Sequence record: SRR20825006_1727
Direction: 5' to 3' (one strand)
Length of the DNA: 49,744 bases
Shown piece after piece: positions 15,994 through 26,064 of this stretch (the first letter of the stretch is position 1; each line of letters begins with the position of its first letter). Position numbers and translations under genes: made by a program. The notes under the pieces are model-generated. The model did not search any database and was not told the DNA's origin. It saw nothing but the letters and a program-made list of their open reading frames with translations.

Positions 15994-17424
15994 ATGAAAG
16001 AGGCCAAGTTTGCAGTTATTGACGTTGAGACTACCGGTGGCGGGATCAAAGGCAATAAAATTACAGAGATCTGCATCATTGTTCTTCAGGATGGTAAAGA
16101 GCTTGACCGGTTCACTTCACTCGTAAATCCGGGAAGAGAAATTCCGCTGTATATTGAAAAACTAACTGGCATCAACGACCGCATGGTTGAGGATGCTCCT
16201 TATTTTGATGAAATTGCGCCACAGATCCTAGAGCTTACTCGTGATTGTATTTTTGTCGCGCACAATGTAGGTTTTGATTATAACGTGGTGCGAGCAGAAT
16301 TTAAAGAAGCAGGCATTGACTTTAACCGAAAACGATTGTGCACCGTTCGGCTTGCTAAGAAACTCATACCGGGATTGTTTTCATACAGTCTGGGCAATTT
16401 GTGCACTTCTATAAACATTCCGCATTACGACAGGCACCGGGCGCAAGGAGATACCGAAGCTACGGTGATCTTATTTCAACGCTGCCTGGACCTTGATCCG
16501 GATTATGAAGTCATCGAGGAATTCCTCAACCGAAAATCAAAAGAGTCGTACTTCCCTCCGCACTTTAAAGCGCAGGATTTTGAGAATCTTCCGCATAAAC
16601 CGGGTGTGTATTTCTTTAAAGATAAAAACGGAAAACCGCTTTACATCGGTAAGGCGATAGACATACAAAAGCGGGTGCTTTCGCATTTCAGAGAAAAGAG
16701 TAATCGCAAATATGAACTGCTGCAAAATACGCACAGTATTGACTATGAACTTACCGGCAGTGAGTTACTGGCGCTGTTGCGGGAAGCTGAACTGATTTTA
16801 AAATATTACCCTAAGTACAATAAAGCACAAAAGAATCCGTCGAAACCTTATAAGCTCACCTCCTACCATAATAAACAAGGGATTGAGCAGTTTGCGTTGC
16901 ATAAAAACAAGATCGCTCCGGTGAGTTGGATGCAGTTTTACACCCGTGAAGAAGCCATTCAGTTTATGGAGCACCTTTGTGAGGAATTTGAATTATGCCC
17001 TAAATATTGTGGGCTGCAACAAGGGGTGGCTACCTGCAATCATTATAAAATACACACGTGCAGTGGTGCGTGTTCTGGTGATCTGAGTGTTGCCGATTAC
17101 AATCTGCGCGTGTCTAAAGCGCTCGATTATATTCACCAGTACGAGCAGTCGTGCCTATTGGTAGAAAAAGGCAGAGAAACGGGTGAGAAATCTTTTATCT
17201 ATTTAAAACAAGGTCGGTTTTCAGGATATGGTTTTATAGACGATGCAGCAGATTTTAATCATCACGAGGATTTTGAGCATTATCTGATTCCGCAGAAAAG
17301 CTCGGCTTACGCAGACCGTATTGTGCGTCGCTATCTTGCCACAGAAAAGCAAATTGTACGCTTGCCACTTACTTCAGTAGAGCAGCATACACAGAATATT
17401 TTTGAAAATTGGTTTGTAGATTAA
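15994..17424 (+). CDS. DEDDh (DnaQ-like) 3'-5' exonuclease fused to a UvrC/Cho-like GIY-YIG endonuclease
   Basis: IDVETTG, AHNVGFD and HRAQGD; GVYFFKDKNGKPLYIGKA; Cys-rich segment CPKYC...CNHYKIHTCSGAC. Confidence 0.9.
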   Translation: MKEAKFAVIDVETTGGGIKGNKITEICIIVLQDGKELDRFTSLVNPGREIPLYIEKLTGINDRMVEDAPYFDEIAPQILELTRDCIFVAHNVGFDYNVVRAEFKEAGIDFNRKRLCTVRLAKKLIPGLFSYSLGNLCTSINIPHYDRHRAQGDTEATVILFQRCLDLDPDYEVIEEFLNRKSKESYFPPHFKAQDFENLPHKPGVYFFKDKNGKPLYIGKAIDIQKRVLSHFREKSNRKYELLQNTHSIDYELTGSELLALLREAELILKYYPKYNKAQKNPSKPYKLTSYHNKQGIEQFALHKNKIAPVSWMQFYTREEAIQFMEHLCEEFELCPKYCGLQQGVATCNHYKIHTCSGACSGDLSVADYNLRVSKALDYIHQYEQSCLLVEKGRETGEKSFIYLKQGRFSGYGFIDDAADFNHHEDFEHYLIPQKSSAYADRIVRRYLATEKQIVRLPLTSVEQHTQNIFENWFVD

Positions 17425-18401
17425 AGCACTTCCTGCTCAGTAACTCTTCGGGCAAAACGAGAAGCAACCGCACTGATGATCATAATTTGCGAAGCGTGAA
17501 AAAGCATTAAAGGCAATAATACTAAGCCCAAGCCGGGCATTCCTGTAAAAATGATCTTTGAAAAGACGGTGCCGTGTACCAACGATTTTTTGGTTCCGCA
17601 AAATTGCGCAGTTATTTGATCTTCAATCGAAAAGTGTAACCATTTAGCAATGCTTCCGGTCAACCAAAAGACAACAGCAAAAAGGCTAAGGACTCCACCC
17701 CATATTAAAAGCAAATCTAACCAGGAAACCGAAGCGAATAGTCCGTCTGAAAAAGACTCGGCAAAGCTTTTATAAATGATGAGTAAAATAATACTCTTGT
17801 CAAATAAGGTGAGTTTTTTGCTATGCTTCTGAACAAAATCTCCTAAAAATCGCTGCAACAACATCCCTAAAATCACGGGGAGTAAAATCTGAACCACCAG
17901 CTTGGTATAGATCTGTGTAAAATCAAAATCGCTTTGCATATCATCTATAAAGAGGCCCATCCACAGCGGCGTGATGATGATGCCTAGTATTCCGGAAATA
18001 CTGGCATTAAAAATCGCCGCCGGAATATTTCCTTTAGCGATGGAAACCATCACAACAGATGAACTAACTGTTGAGGGCAAAGCGGCTAAAAAGAAAAAAG
18101 ACAACCACAGGATCTCGTGGGTTTCATTTTGTAAAAGCGGCCGAAATAATAGCACAAGCAACGGAAAAATTAAAAACGTACAGGCCTGTACTAATAGATG
18201 GAGTTTAAAATTTCCCAATCCCGCCTTCAACTTTTGCGGACTCAACTTAAGTCCGTAAAAAAAGAAGATCAACGAAATTCCTATGGCGCTAATAAGATCT
18301 AAAGGTACCGGACTTGAAGCAACACCCCACTGAGGGAAAAAATATGCGATTGCGATAACCACGATAATTGCTAATACAAAACGATCAATTTTTATGCGCA
18401 T
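17421..18401 (-). CDS. Bile acid:sodium symporter-like (SBF-like/YfeH) transporter
   Basis: IFFFYGLKL, LPSTVSSSV, AKGNIPAAIFNAS and FCGTKKSLVHG motifs; many TM helices. Confidence 0.88.
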   Translation of the reverse strand: MRIKIDRFVLAIIVVIAIAYFFPQWGVASSPVPLDLISAIGISLIFFFYGLKLSPQKLKAGLGNFKLHLLVQACTFLIFPLLVLLFRPLLQNETHEILWLSFFFLAALPSTVSSSVVMVSIAKGNIPAAIFNASISGILGIIITPLWMGLFIDDMQSDFDFTQIYTKLVVQILLPVILGMLLQRFLGDFVQKHSKKLTLFDKSIILLIIYKSFAESFSDGLFASVSWLDLLLIWGGVLSLFAVVFWLTGSIAKWLHFSIEDQITAQFCGTKKSLVHGTVFSKIIFTGMPGLGLVLLPLMLFHASQIMIISAVASRFARRVTEQEVL

Positions 18402-18657
18402 AGAGTGATGTGGAGTTATAAGATCAAAAAAGGAGGCAAAGTTAAGGCAGATCTTTATCCTAACTTGGTAGCATTCTATCTGATTTTAAAAGATTTTTTA
18501 CGCATTTTTTGATATTAATTGGCTGAAATGTGCTTTTAGTCTAAAAAAACAGGCGTTATCTCATCTTAATCAATATTTTTATAAACGTTAAAACCAACCA
18601 CAGAAATCAAGAAAGGCAAGAAAAGCCTTATTGATCTCTTGAGAACCTAAATAACGC

Positions 18658-19683
18658 ATGAAGCAAAAGCGCCCATCTATAAAAGACATTGCAAAAGCAT
18701 TAAATGTCTCTATAACCACCATTTCTTTTGTATTAAACGGCAAAGGCGAAGAACGAAAGATTTCAAAAGAAGTCATTAAAAAAATTGAAGACTACGTAGA
18801 AGAAATTAATTATCGCCCCAATCAGGTTGCTCAAAGTTTACGTACCGGAAAAAGTAAAATTCTGGTCTTTATGGTTGAAGATATCGGGAATAGGTTCTTT
18901 GCTAAAATCGCCAGGATCATTGAAGATATCGCTTATGAAAAAGGCTACAAAGTCTTGTTTTGCAGTAATGAAAACAATGATAAGCGCTCCAGAGAGCTCA
19001 TTAGAGTTTTTCACGAACGACAAGTAGACGGTTTTTTAATCATACCCTCTCCCGGAATAAAAAAGGATATTGAAAACCTGATTAAAAGCGATATCCCGGT
19101 AGTACTGGCTGACCGCTATTTTGAAGATCTCGATGTGCATCACGTGGTGATTAACAATTATGCAGCCGCCCAAAATGCGACGCAGCATTTGATTGATAAT
19201 GGTTATAAAAACATCGCGTTCATTTCGATAGATACACAGCAAATTCAGATGAAAGATCGCGCTAGAGGATACCGTGACGCTGTAGAGCAAGCAGGCTTAT
19301 CCCCTACGGTTCTTGAATTGCCTTTTGAAGAAATTCACAAACCGGAAGGAAAAAATAAAATCAAAGAACTACTTACCGGAAGTAACGGGATCGATTCCGT
19401 TTTCTTTTCTACCAATTATTTGACGCAGGCTTCTTTAGAGATCATCAAAGAATTAGACCCAAAACTCATCTATGATCTGGGGATCGTGACCTTTGACGAC
19501 AATGAGTTCTTTAGGATCAATACGCCTTCGATCACAGCTGTAGCACAACCGCTTCAAGAATTAGGCGAAGAATTGATGCGCATTATGTTCAAACTTCTCA
19601 AAAAGAGTGACAAAGAAATCCCAGTGATCAAATCGGTGCTTGATGCAGAATTACTCCCGCGAGAATCTTCAAAGAAGAAGTAG
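18658..19683 (+). CDS. LacI-family transcriptional regulator
   Basis: N-terminal HTH SIKDIAKALNVSITTISFVLNG, YRPNQVAQSLR hinge, sugar-binding domain ending LLPRES. Confidence 0.95.
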   Translation: MKQKRPSIKDIAKALNVSITTISFVLNGKGEERKISKEVIKKIEDYVEEINYRPNQVAQSLRTGKSKILVFMVEDIGNRFFAKIARIIEDIAYEKGYKVLFCSNENNDKRSRELIRVFHERQVDGFLIIPSPGIKKDIENLIKSDIPVVLADRYFEDLDVHHVVINNYAAAQNATQHLIDNGYKNIAFISIDTQQIQMKDRARGYRDAVEQAGLSPTVLELPFEEIHKPEGKNKIKELLTGSNGIDSVFFSTNYLTQASLEIIKELDPKLIYDLGIVTFDDNEFFRINTPSITAVAQPLQELGEELMRIMFKLLKKSDKEIPVIKSVLDAELLPRESSKKK

Positions 19684-19768
19684 CTTTCGTTCAAATTTTC
19701 AACCTACAATAAATTGCAAAATAGGTTTAAAGGCTTTTTGGTAAGCTCTACTTAATAAATAACATGAT

Positions 19769-19811
19769 ATCCATTTTAAGAAGATCTAATCTTTCTAAAA
19801 TGGATTTTTTT
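19769..19811 (+). terminator. Intrinsic terminator after the LacI gene
   Basis: ATCCATTTTA (19769-19778)/TAAAATGGAT (19796-19805) followed by a T-run. Confidence 0.65.
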
Positions 19812-20202
19812 AGTGTGGAATAATTCCTCAAAAACCGGTTATGAATTTTACTTCCCTCCTATCTTACTCTTTCGGTATTGAAGACGGCGAAGCCAATTTA
19901 TGTTAAAATACTATCATTTCGGCAGTAGATGATATCACCATGCTCTTCGATTTTTGAAAATTATTAGTAGTTACGAATAATCAATAACTATAAAAACGCG
20001 TCCTTAAACGGCATCTGAAACGTATTGTAGTGCTTTTAAGACATAATGATGCAAATCGACTTTTATTACTAAAACAATTACATTAACTAATCAATATTGC
20101 TATTTCAATTACATTATGTAATCTTCCTATCGCATAGTTAACTTCAATTTATAACTTTAGACGTGAGAATTTTAGATTAGGCAACGTTCTCTTAAAGATT
20201 TG

Positions 20203-20216
20203 GTAAAACGTTTTAC
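20203..20216. promoter_or_regulatory. Putative LacI operator 1
   Basis: Perfect palindrome GTAAAACGTTTTAC upstream of susC1. Confidence 0.8.
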
Positions 20217-20272
20217 TAGTTTTAGCAATCTTTTAACGGAAACACGAATAATTTAAAAACTCAGTTTATTGG

Positions 20273-23200
20273 ATGAAAAAATTACTTTCTCTCATTGACA
20301 AGTATTCTTTTTCTCTAAAGGTCCTTTATCGACCTAGAGAATCCAGGTGTAACATCCCGGTTTTAGGAATACTTCTCATGACATTGCTGTTGAGCACCAC
20401 TTCAGGAATGTATGCCCAAGAAGAAACCGGTATTACAGTTACCGGTACAGTAACAGACTCGCAAGGAGTACCGCTCCCGGGGGTCAACATTAAAGAACAA
20501 AACACTACTAACGGAACACTTACCGATTTTGATGGAAATTATACCATTACGGTAAGCGATGGCGAAGCAACGCTTGTATTCTCGTATGTAGGTATGAAAA
20601 CTGCTGAAATTCCCGTGAAGGGGGAATCCAGTATTGACATTCAGATGGCAGACGACGCGCAATCTCTGGATGAAGTCGTATTGGTAGGATACGGAAAACA
20701 GAAAAAAATCAGCGTGGTAGGTGCACAATCTACGATCAAGGCAGACGAACTTGAATTACCTGTTGCCAATTTGGGTACTATGCTTGCCGGTCGTATTTCT
20801 GGGATTACTGGGGTACAACGCTCAGGTTTACCGGGTTACGATGGCGCAGATCTATGGATTCGCGGTATTTCAAGTTTTGGTAATGCATACCCTCTGGTTC
20901 TGGTAGATGGGGTTGAGCGTTCTCTAGACAACATTAATCCACGTGATATTGCATCCTTCTCTATTTTAAAAGATGCTTCAGCAACCGCGGTTTATGGAAT
21001 TCGTGGAGCCAATGGCGTGATCTTGATCGAAACCAAAAAAGGTAAAATAGGTAAGCCACAAATTACATTAGACTATTTTGAAGGGGTTACGCACTTTACT
21101 AAAACACCAGATCTTGTAGACGGTATTACCTATATGAATTTGGCCAACGAAGCCTTAACCACGCGTGGGGATCTACCTAAATATTCTCAGGAATATATTG
21201 ACGCCACAGCATCAGGCGAGAATCCGCTGCTTTACCCTAATGTCAACTGGATGGACGAAGTTTTTAAGAGCTACGGACGCAACAGGCAAGCACTCATCAA
21301 TGTCACCGGAGGCGCCGAAAGCGCACGCTATTATGTGTCGCTTGGATACTACAACGAGACCGGACTTTTTCAAACAGATCCTAATGTTAGCTATGATTCA
21401 GGTACTGGTTTTGAGCGTTATAATTTCACTTCAAACCTTACCCTTGATTTGACCAAAACCACAGATATCAATGTTGGGATACAAGGTTATTTGTCAGACG
21501 GAAATTACCCCGGAACACCTACTTCAGCTAATATTAGCTTAGAAGATCAGATCTTTGGGACCGCTTTAGAGGCACCACCGGTAGAATACCCTGTGCTTTA
21601 TCCGGGAGGTTATGTTCCCGGTAGAAGTGCCAATGGCGGCTTACGCAACCCGTATGCAGAAGTTGCGTTACGAGGCTACCGTACCATTACCCGTACCAAT
21701 CTCAACACTAACCTAAACCTCAACCAGCAGCTGAGTTTCATTACTGAAGGTTTATCGCTGCACGGTCTTTTTGCTTTTGATTCATTTAACGAGCAAAATG
21801 TAGCAAGGTCCAAACGCGAAAGTACCTATTTTGTAGATGCTAACTTTCCATACACAGAAGATGGTGGTTTATTGCTTAATGAGACCTACACAGGTACTAA
21901 CTTTCTTGGCTATGATCGCAGCAATGGTGGAAACCGCAGGTTCTACACTCAGGTTTCTGTAAACTACGACCGCAGTTTTGGAAAACACAGCGTTAGCGGT
22001 CTACTGCTTGCCAATCGTACCGATTATTCAAATGCATTTGCCGGCAACTTTACAGAAGCTATACCTTTTAGAAATGAAGGTCTAGCAGGTAGAGCTACCT
22101 ATTCCTATGACGACCGATATTTTCTTGAGGTGAATGCGGGTTATAACGGTTCAGAAAACTTTGCTCCTAACAACCGCTACGGGTTTTTCCCATCGCTGGC
22201 AGTGGGTTGGGTCGTATCTAACGAAAAATTCTTTGAACCTATTAAGGAGCATATTGATTACTTTAAACTGCGCTACTCAGACGGTTTGGTAGGGTCTGAT
22301 TCGGGTGCAGGGCGCTTTGCCTACCTTAACCGTGTAGAAAGTGGGCAGGATGGATATTACTTTAGTGAAAATAGACAGTATGTAGATGGAATCGCGCAAA
22401 CCTATTACGGGGTTGATGTTGTTTGGGCCGAAGCGCGCAAACAAGATTTAGGGATTGAGATCAATGCCTTTGATAGTAGATTAAGCCTGATTACAGATTT
22501 CTTCTACGAGCGTACCGAAGGTGCCTTCTTAAACCGAAGCGATATTCCTAATTACATTGGTTTAACTACCGATCCTTACGGAAATATCGGGGTTACCGAA
22601 AACAAAGGTTTTGACGGAACGCTTAACTACAGTCATCAATTTCAAGAGCTGCGCCTTTCGTTTAGAGGAACCTTCTCTTACAACAAAAATAAAATCGTTG
22701 AGAACGGAGTTCCAGAACAACCTTATCCTTGGTTAAACCGTCAGGGTACAGGCCTTTTAGCTAACGTAGGTTATGTGGCTGAACGTTTATTCACTCTAGA
22801 AGATGACCTTGATGGCGATGGCTTTATTACGACCGCAGACGGTTTCCCAACTCAATTTGGACAAATTCAACCGGGAGACATCAAATATTCAGACCTGAAT
22901 GGCGATGGCCAGATAGATGCTTTTGACCGTAAAGTAATTGGTGATGGTGATGTTCCGGCACTGACTTACGGTTTTGGAATTACTGCTATTTATAAAGGTT
23001 TTGATGCGAGTTTATTCTTTCAGGGACAAAGTTTTTCTGACCGTTTTATAGGCGGTTATGGTATTCGCCCATTTATAGGTGATGGTGGTGAAGGTAATAT
23101 CTACACCACTAGTCTGGATCGCTGGACAACTGAAAACAATTATGCTTATGCCACCTACCCAAGGCTTTCTTTTAGTGCTTCGGGGATAGGACAAACAAAC

Positions 23201-23452
23201 AATAACCAAAACAGTACGTGGTGGTTGCGAGATATTGACTTTTTAAGACTGAAAACTGCCGAAGTAGGTTACACGTTTAAAGAAACCTTTTCCAAAAAAT
23301 TTGGTGTTGATGATTTTAGAATCTATATGCGCGCCACTAACCTGTTTACCCTGAGCAAATTTGACCTTTGGGATCCCGAGTTGAATACCAACAATGGTGG
23401 GCGTTATCCTAACATTTCGGTAGTATCCTTAGGAGGAACTTTTCAATTCTAA
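20273..23452 (+). CDS. susC: SusC/RagA TonB-dependent transporter 1
   Basis: GTLTDFDGNY, LDEVVLVGYG, ILKDASATAVYGIRGANGVILIETKKG, C-terminal Phe. Exact start uncertain. Confidence 0.95.
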   Translation: MKKLLSLIDKYSFSLKVLYRPRESRCNIPVLGILLMTLLLSTTSGMYAQEETGITVTGTVTDSQGVPLPGVNIKEQNTTNGTLTDFDGNYTITVSDGEATLVFSYVGMKTAEIPVKGESSIDIQMADDAQSLDEVVLVGYGKQKKISVVGAQSTIKADELELPVANLGTMLAGRISGITGVQRSGLPGYDGADLWIRGISSFGNAYPLVLVDGVERSLDNINPRDIASFSILKDASATAVYGIRGANGVILIETKKGKIGKPQITLDYFEGVTHFTKTPDLVDGITYMNLANEALTTRGDLPKYSQEYIDATASGENPLLYPNVNWMDEVFKSYGRNRQALINVTGGAESARYYVSLGYYNETGLFQTDPNVSYDSGTGFERYNFTSNLTLDLTKTTDINVGIQGYLSDGNYPGTPTSANISLEDQIFGTALEAPPVEYPVLYPGGYVPGRSANGGLRNPYAEVALRGYRTITRTNLNTNLNLNQQLSFITEGLSLHGLFAFDSFNEQNVARSKRESTYFVDANFPYTEDGGLLLNETYTGTNFLGYDRSNGGNRRFYTQVSVNYDRSFGKHSVSGLLLANRTDYSNAFAGNFTEAIPFRNEGLAGRATYSYDDRYFLEVNAGYNGSENFAPNNRYGFFPSLAVGWVVSNEKFFEPIKEHIDYFKLRYSDGLVGSDSGAGRFAYLNRVESGQDGYYFSENRQYVDGIAQTYYGVDVVWAEARKQDLGIEINAFDSRLSLITDFFYERTEGAFLNRSDIPNYIGLTTDPYGNIGVTENKGFDGTLNYSHQFQELRLSFRGTFSYNKNKIVENGVPEQPYPWLNRQGTGLLANVGYVAERLFTLEDDLDGDGFITTADGFPTQFGQIQPGDIKYSDLNGDGQIDAFDRKVIGDGDVPALTYGFGITAIYKGFDASLFFQGQSFSDRFIGGYGIRPFIGDGGEGNIYTTSLDRWTTENNYAYATYPRLSFSASGIGQTNNNQNSTWWLRDIDFLRLKTAEVGYTFKETFSKKFGVDDFRIYMRATNLFTLSKFDLWDPELNTNNGGRYPNISVVSLGGTFQF

Positions 23453-23509
23453 AAAAATAATTGAATCGCAATACCTCGTGTAATGCACGATTCAAAAAAT
23501 ATAAAACTT

Positions 23510-25312
23510 ATGAAAAAACTAATAGTAACACTTATTCTTAGCGGATTATTGCTCTCCTGCGGCGATGATTACTTAGATCAGGTGCCTGATGATCGCCTTA
23601 CCTTTGAGGAGACTTTTGCACGTAGATCTACCGTTGAACAGTATTTAGCTAATGTGTATTCACAAATACCCAGTGAGTTTGCACAGCGTTATACTACGAC
23701 TGAAAACTCTGGACCTTGGACCGGCGCTTCTGATGAAGCCGAATATGTTTGGGGATTCCATATGGGGAATTTCCTGAATATTGGTGACTGGAATGCTACT
23801 ACCCAAAATGTAAGTAACCTGTGGTCTAACTTTTACCGCGGAATTCGATCTGCGTCTACTTTTATTGAGTCGGTAGATTTATGTCAGGATTGTGATCCTG
23901 CAATCATTACCCAGTACAAAGCCGAAGCGCGTGTTTTAAGAGCCTATTACTACTTCAATTTAATGCGAAGCTACGGCCCGGTTATTTTGTTGGGAGAAAC
24001 GCCAATCCCTGCTGATGCAGACCTTCAAGCGTTGGGTTTAAAAAGAAATAGTATTGAAGAAGTAGCTGCCTATATCACTTCAGAATTAGACGTGGCTGCA
24101 GCAGATCTTGAAGGTACAAGCTTTACAGGTAATAATGCAGGTCGTATGAGCACACCTTTTGCAATGGCGATCAAAGAACAAACGCTGCTATTTGCAGCGA
24201 GTCCACTTTTTAATGGAAACACAGATTATGCTGATTTTGTAGGCACCGAAGGGGAAAACCTTATTCCTCAAAATTATGACGTGAATAAATGGAAAGCTGC
24301 TGCCGATGCTGCCAAAGCTTTTATTGATAAATACGTGCCCAACACCTATAGCCTTTACGAGCGTTTTAATGAGGATGGTTCGTACAACCCTTACCTTTCT
24401 ACACGTGATGTGATGCTTGTAGATTACAATTCTGAAATTGTTTACGCGCGCCCGGGCGGTGCTAATTATCTGCATTATGATATGACTCCTTACCACTTAG
24501 GTTCGGCTACAGAAGTACGCGGTGCCGGTGGTTTGAGCGTTACGCAAGAAATGGTAGATGCCTTCTTCACCTCAAACGGAAGAGCTATTGATGATCCACA
24601 GGCCAATTATGTGGCTGATGGTTTCTCTCAATTTCAGGCGCCTTATGATTTTACCACGAGAACTACTTTTAATCCTTGGACCAATAGAGAGCCACGTTTT
24701 TACGTGGGAGTAACCTATAACGGCAGTTTATGGCTCAACCGCAATTTTGGTGATATCATTACCAAGACTTGGTTTGGTGGAAACTCTGGTCGCCAAGCAG
24801 GTACTAATGACTATCCTCCTACCGGATACATCGCAAGAAAAAAACTTCCGGTTGGCGATTACAGAAACAACAACCGCTCACTACCAATGCTGCGTTTAGC
24901 AGAAATCTATTTGGATTATGCCGAAGCACTAAACGAGTACGACCCTGGAAATCCTGATATTTTAACCTACGTCAATCTCATTCGCGAACGTGCAGGAATT
25001 CCTGAGTACGGTTCTGTAGAACTGGATGCTCCTGCAACCCAAGAAGCTATGCGCGAGGCGATAAGAAAAGAACGCCGTGTAGAATTATTCTTAGAGAACA
25101 CCAGATATTTTGACGTTCGCCGCTGGAAGATCGCTGATGAAGCCCTCGCCGGAGAAATGCACGGTATGGATATCAATGCCCGTACTGAAGAGGAGTTCTA
25201 CAACGTAGTGACTTTTGAAACGCGCATATTTAGACCACAGGATTATTTGTGGCCTATTCCACAAGATGAATTAAACGCAAACCCGGAGCTTGTGCAAAAC
25301 CCGGGTTGGTAA
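23510..25312 (+). CDS. susD: SusD/RagB lipoprotein 1
   Basis: Lipobox LLSC, EARVLRAYYYF, LRLAEIYLDYAEA, ERRVEL..E..RYFDVRRW, VQNPGW. Confidence 0.95.
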   Translation: MKKLIVTLILSGLLLSCGDDYLDQVPDDRLTFEETFARRSTVEQYLANVYSQIPSEFAQRYTTTENSGPWTGASDEAEYVWGFHMGNFLNIGDWNATTQNVSNLWSNFYRGIRSASTFIESVDLCQDCDPAIITQYKAEARVLRAYYYFNLMRSYGPVILLGETPIPADADLQALGLKRNSIEEVAAYITSELDVAAADLEGTSFTGNNAGRMSTPFAMAIKEQTLLFAASPLFNGNTDYADFVGTEGENLIPQNYDVNKWKAAADAAKAFIDKYVPNTYSLYERFNEDGSYNPYLSTRDVMLVDYNSEIVYARPGGANYLHYDMTPYHLGSATEVRGAGGLSVTQEMVDAFFTSNGRAIDDPQANYVADGFSQFQAPYDFTTRTTFNPWTNREPRFYVGVTYNGSLWLNRNFGDIITKTWFGGNSGRQAGTNDYPPTGYIARKKLPVGDYRNNNRSLPMLRLAEIYLDYAEALNEYDPGNPDILTYVNLIRERAGIPEYGSVELDAPATQEAMREAIRKERRVELFLENTRYFDVRRWKIADEALAGEMHGMDINARTEEEFYNVVTFETRIFRPQDYLWPIPQDELNANPELVQNPGW

Positions 25313-25324
25313 ACCAGTAGCCAC

Positions 25325-25361
25325 AAGATTAGGCTCCTGCCCACGTACAGGGCCTAATCTT
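25325..25361 (+). other. Intergenic stem-loop (mRNA stabiliser or attenuator)
   Basis: AAGATTAGGC/GCCTAATCTT stem between susD1 and the BSP gene. Confidence 0.55.
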
Positions 25362-25384
25362 AATTTATAAAAACATACGATATT

Positions 25385-26050
25385 ATGAGAACATTATTTT
25401 TTAACGCTTGCGTAATCGCTTTAGTAAGTCTAAGTCTTACCGGTTGTGCTCAAGCTCAAAATAAATATACCTTAACCTACACCAGTCAGGATAAAACTTT
25501 AGATCCCGAAATTCAAGAAGGCATTGAAGAGATCTTTGAAAAAGTGTATCCTAAACTGGTACAAGATTTTAATCCTGCTGCTCAGGAACACGTAACCATT
25601 AAAATTGATACAACTTACGATGGTGTAGCTTATGCTCACCAAGGAGCGATCACGATCAGCTCAGACTGGTTGCACAAAAAACCAGAAGATCTTGATCTGG
25701 TTACTCACGAGCTTATGCACTTAGTACAATCTTATCCCGGAGGTGCAGGACCCGGTTGGTTAACAGAAGGAATTGCCGATTATGTCCGTTATAAATATGC
25801 TTTAGATAATGAAGGAGCGGGATGGTCGCTAACCCCGTTCAGCCCTTCTCAAAGTTATGAGAACGCATACCGTATTACAGCGCGCTTTTTAGTATGGTTG
25901 ACGCAAAATTACGATGAGGACCTTGTCGTGAAGCTTGATGAAGACTTGCGTACCAAGCAATACACCCCTGAAACTTGGAAGAAATACACGGGTAAAACCG
26001 TTGATGAATTATGGGAAGAATATGCTGCTAACCCCAAGCTAAGCATCTAA
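25385..26050 (+). CDS. Basic secretory protein (BSP)-family zincin metallopeptidase, lipoprotein
   Basis: Lipobox LTGC; THELMHLVQ (HExxH), WLTEGIADYVR, YRITARFLVWL. Confidence 0.85.
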   Translation: MRTLFFNACVIALVSLSLTGCAQAQNKYTLTYTSQDKTLDPEIQEGIEEIFEKVYPKLVQDFNPAAQEHVTIKIDTTYDGVAYAHQGAITISSDWLHKKPEDLDLVTHELMHLVQSYPGGAGPGWLTEGIADYVRYKYALDNEGAGWSLTPFSPSQSYENAYRITARFLVWLTQNYDEDLVVKLDEDLRTKQYTPETWKKYTGKTVDELWEEYAANPKLSI

Positions 26051-26064
26051 AAAATTAGATAATT

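Noticed and set aside
19817-19827. Single GGAATAATTCC matching GGA-N5-TCC
   Set aside because: Only six specified bases, so chance hits are expected in 50 kb; it is not upstream of a repair gene.
22801-22926. EF-hand-like DxDGDG/DxNGDG motifs in SusC1 (one also in SusC2)
   Set aside because: Routine feature of SusC loops; not a separate domain or a novelty.
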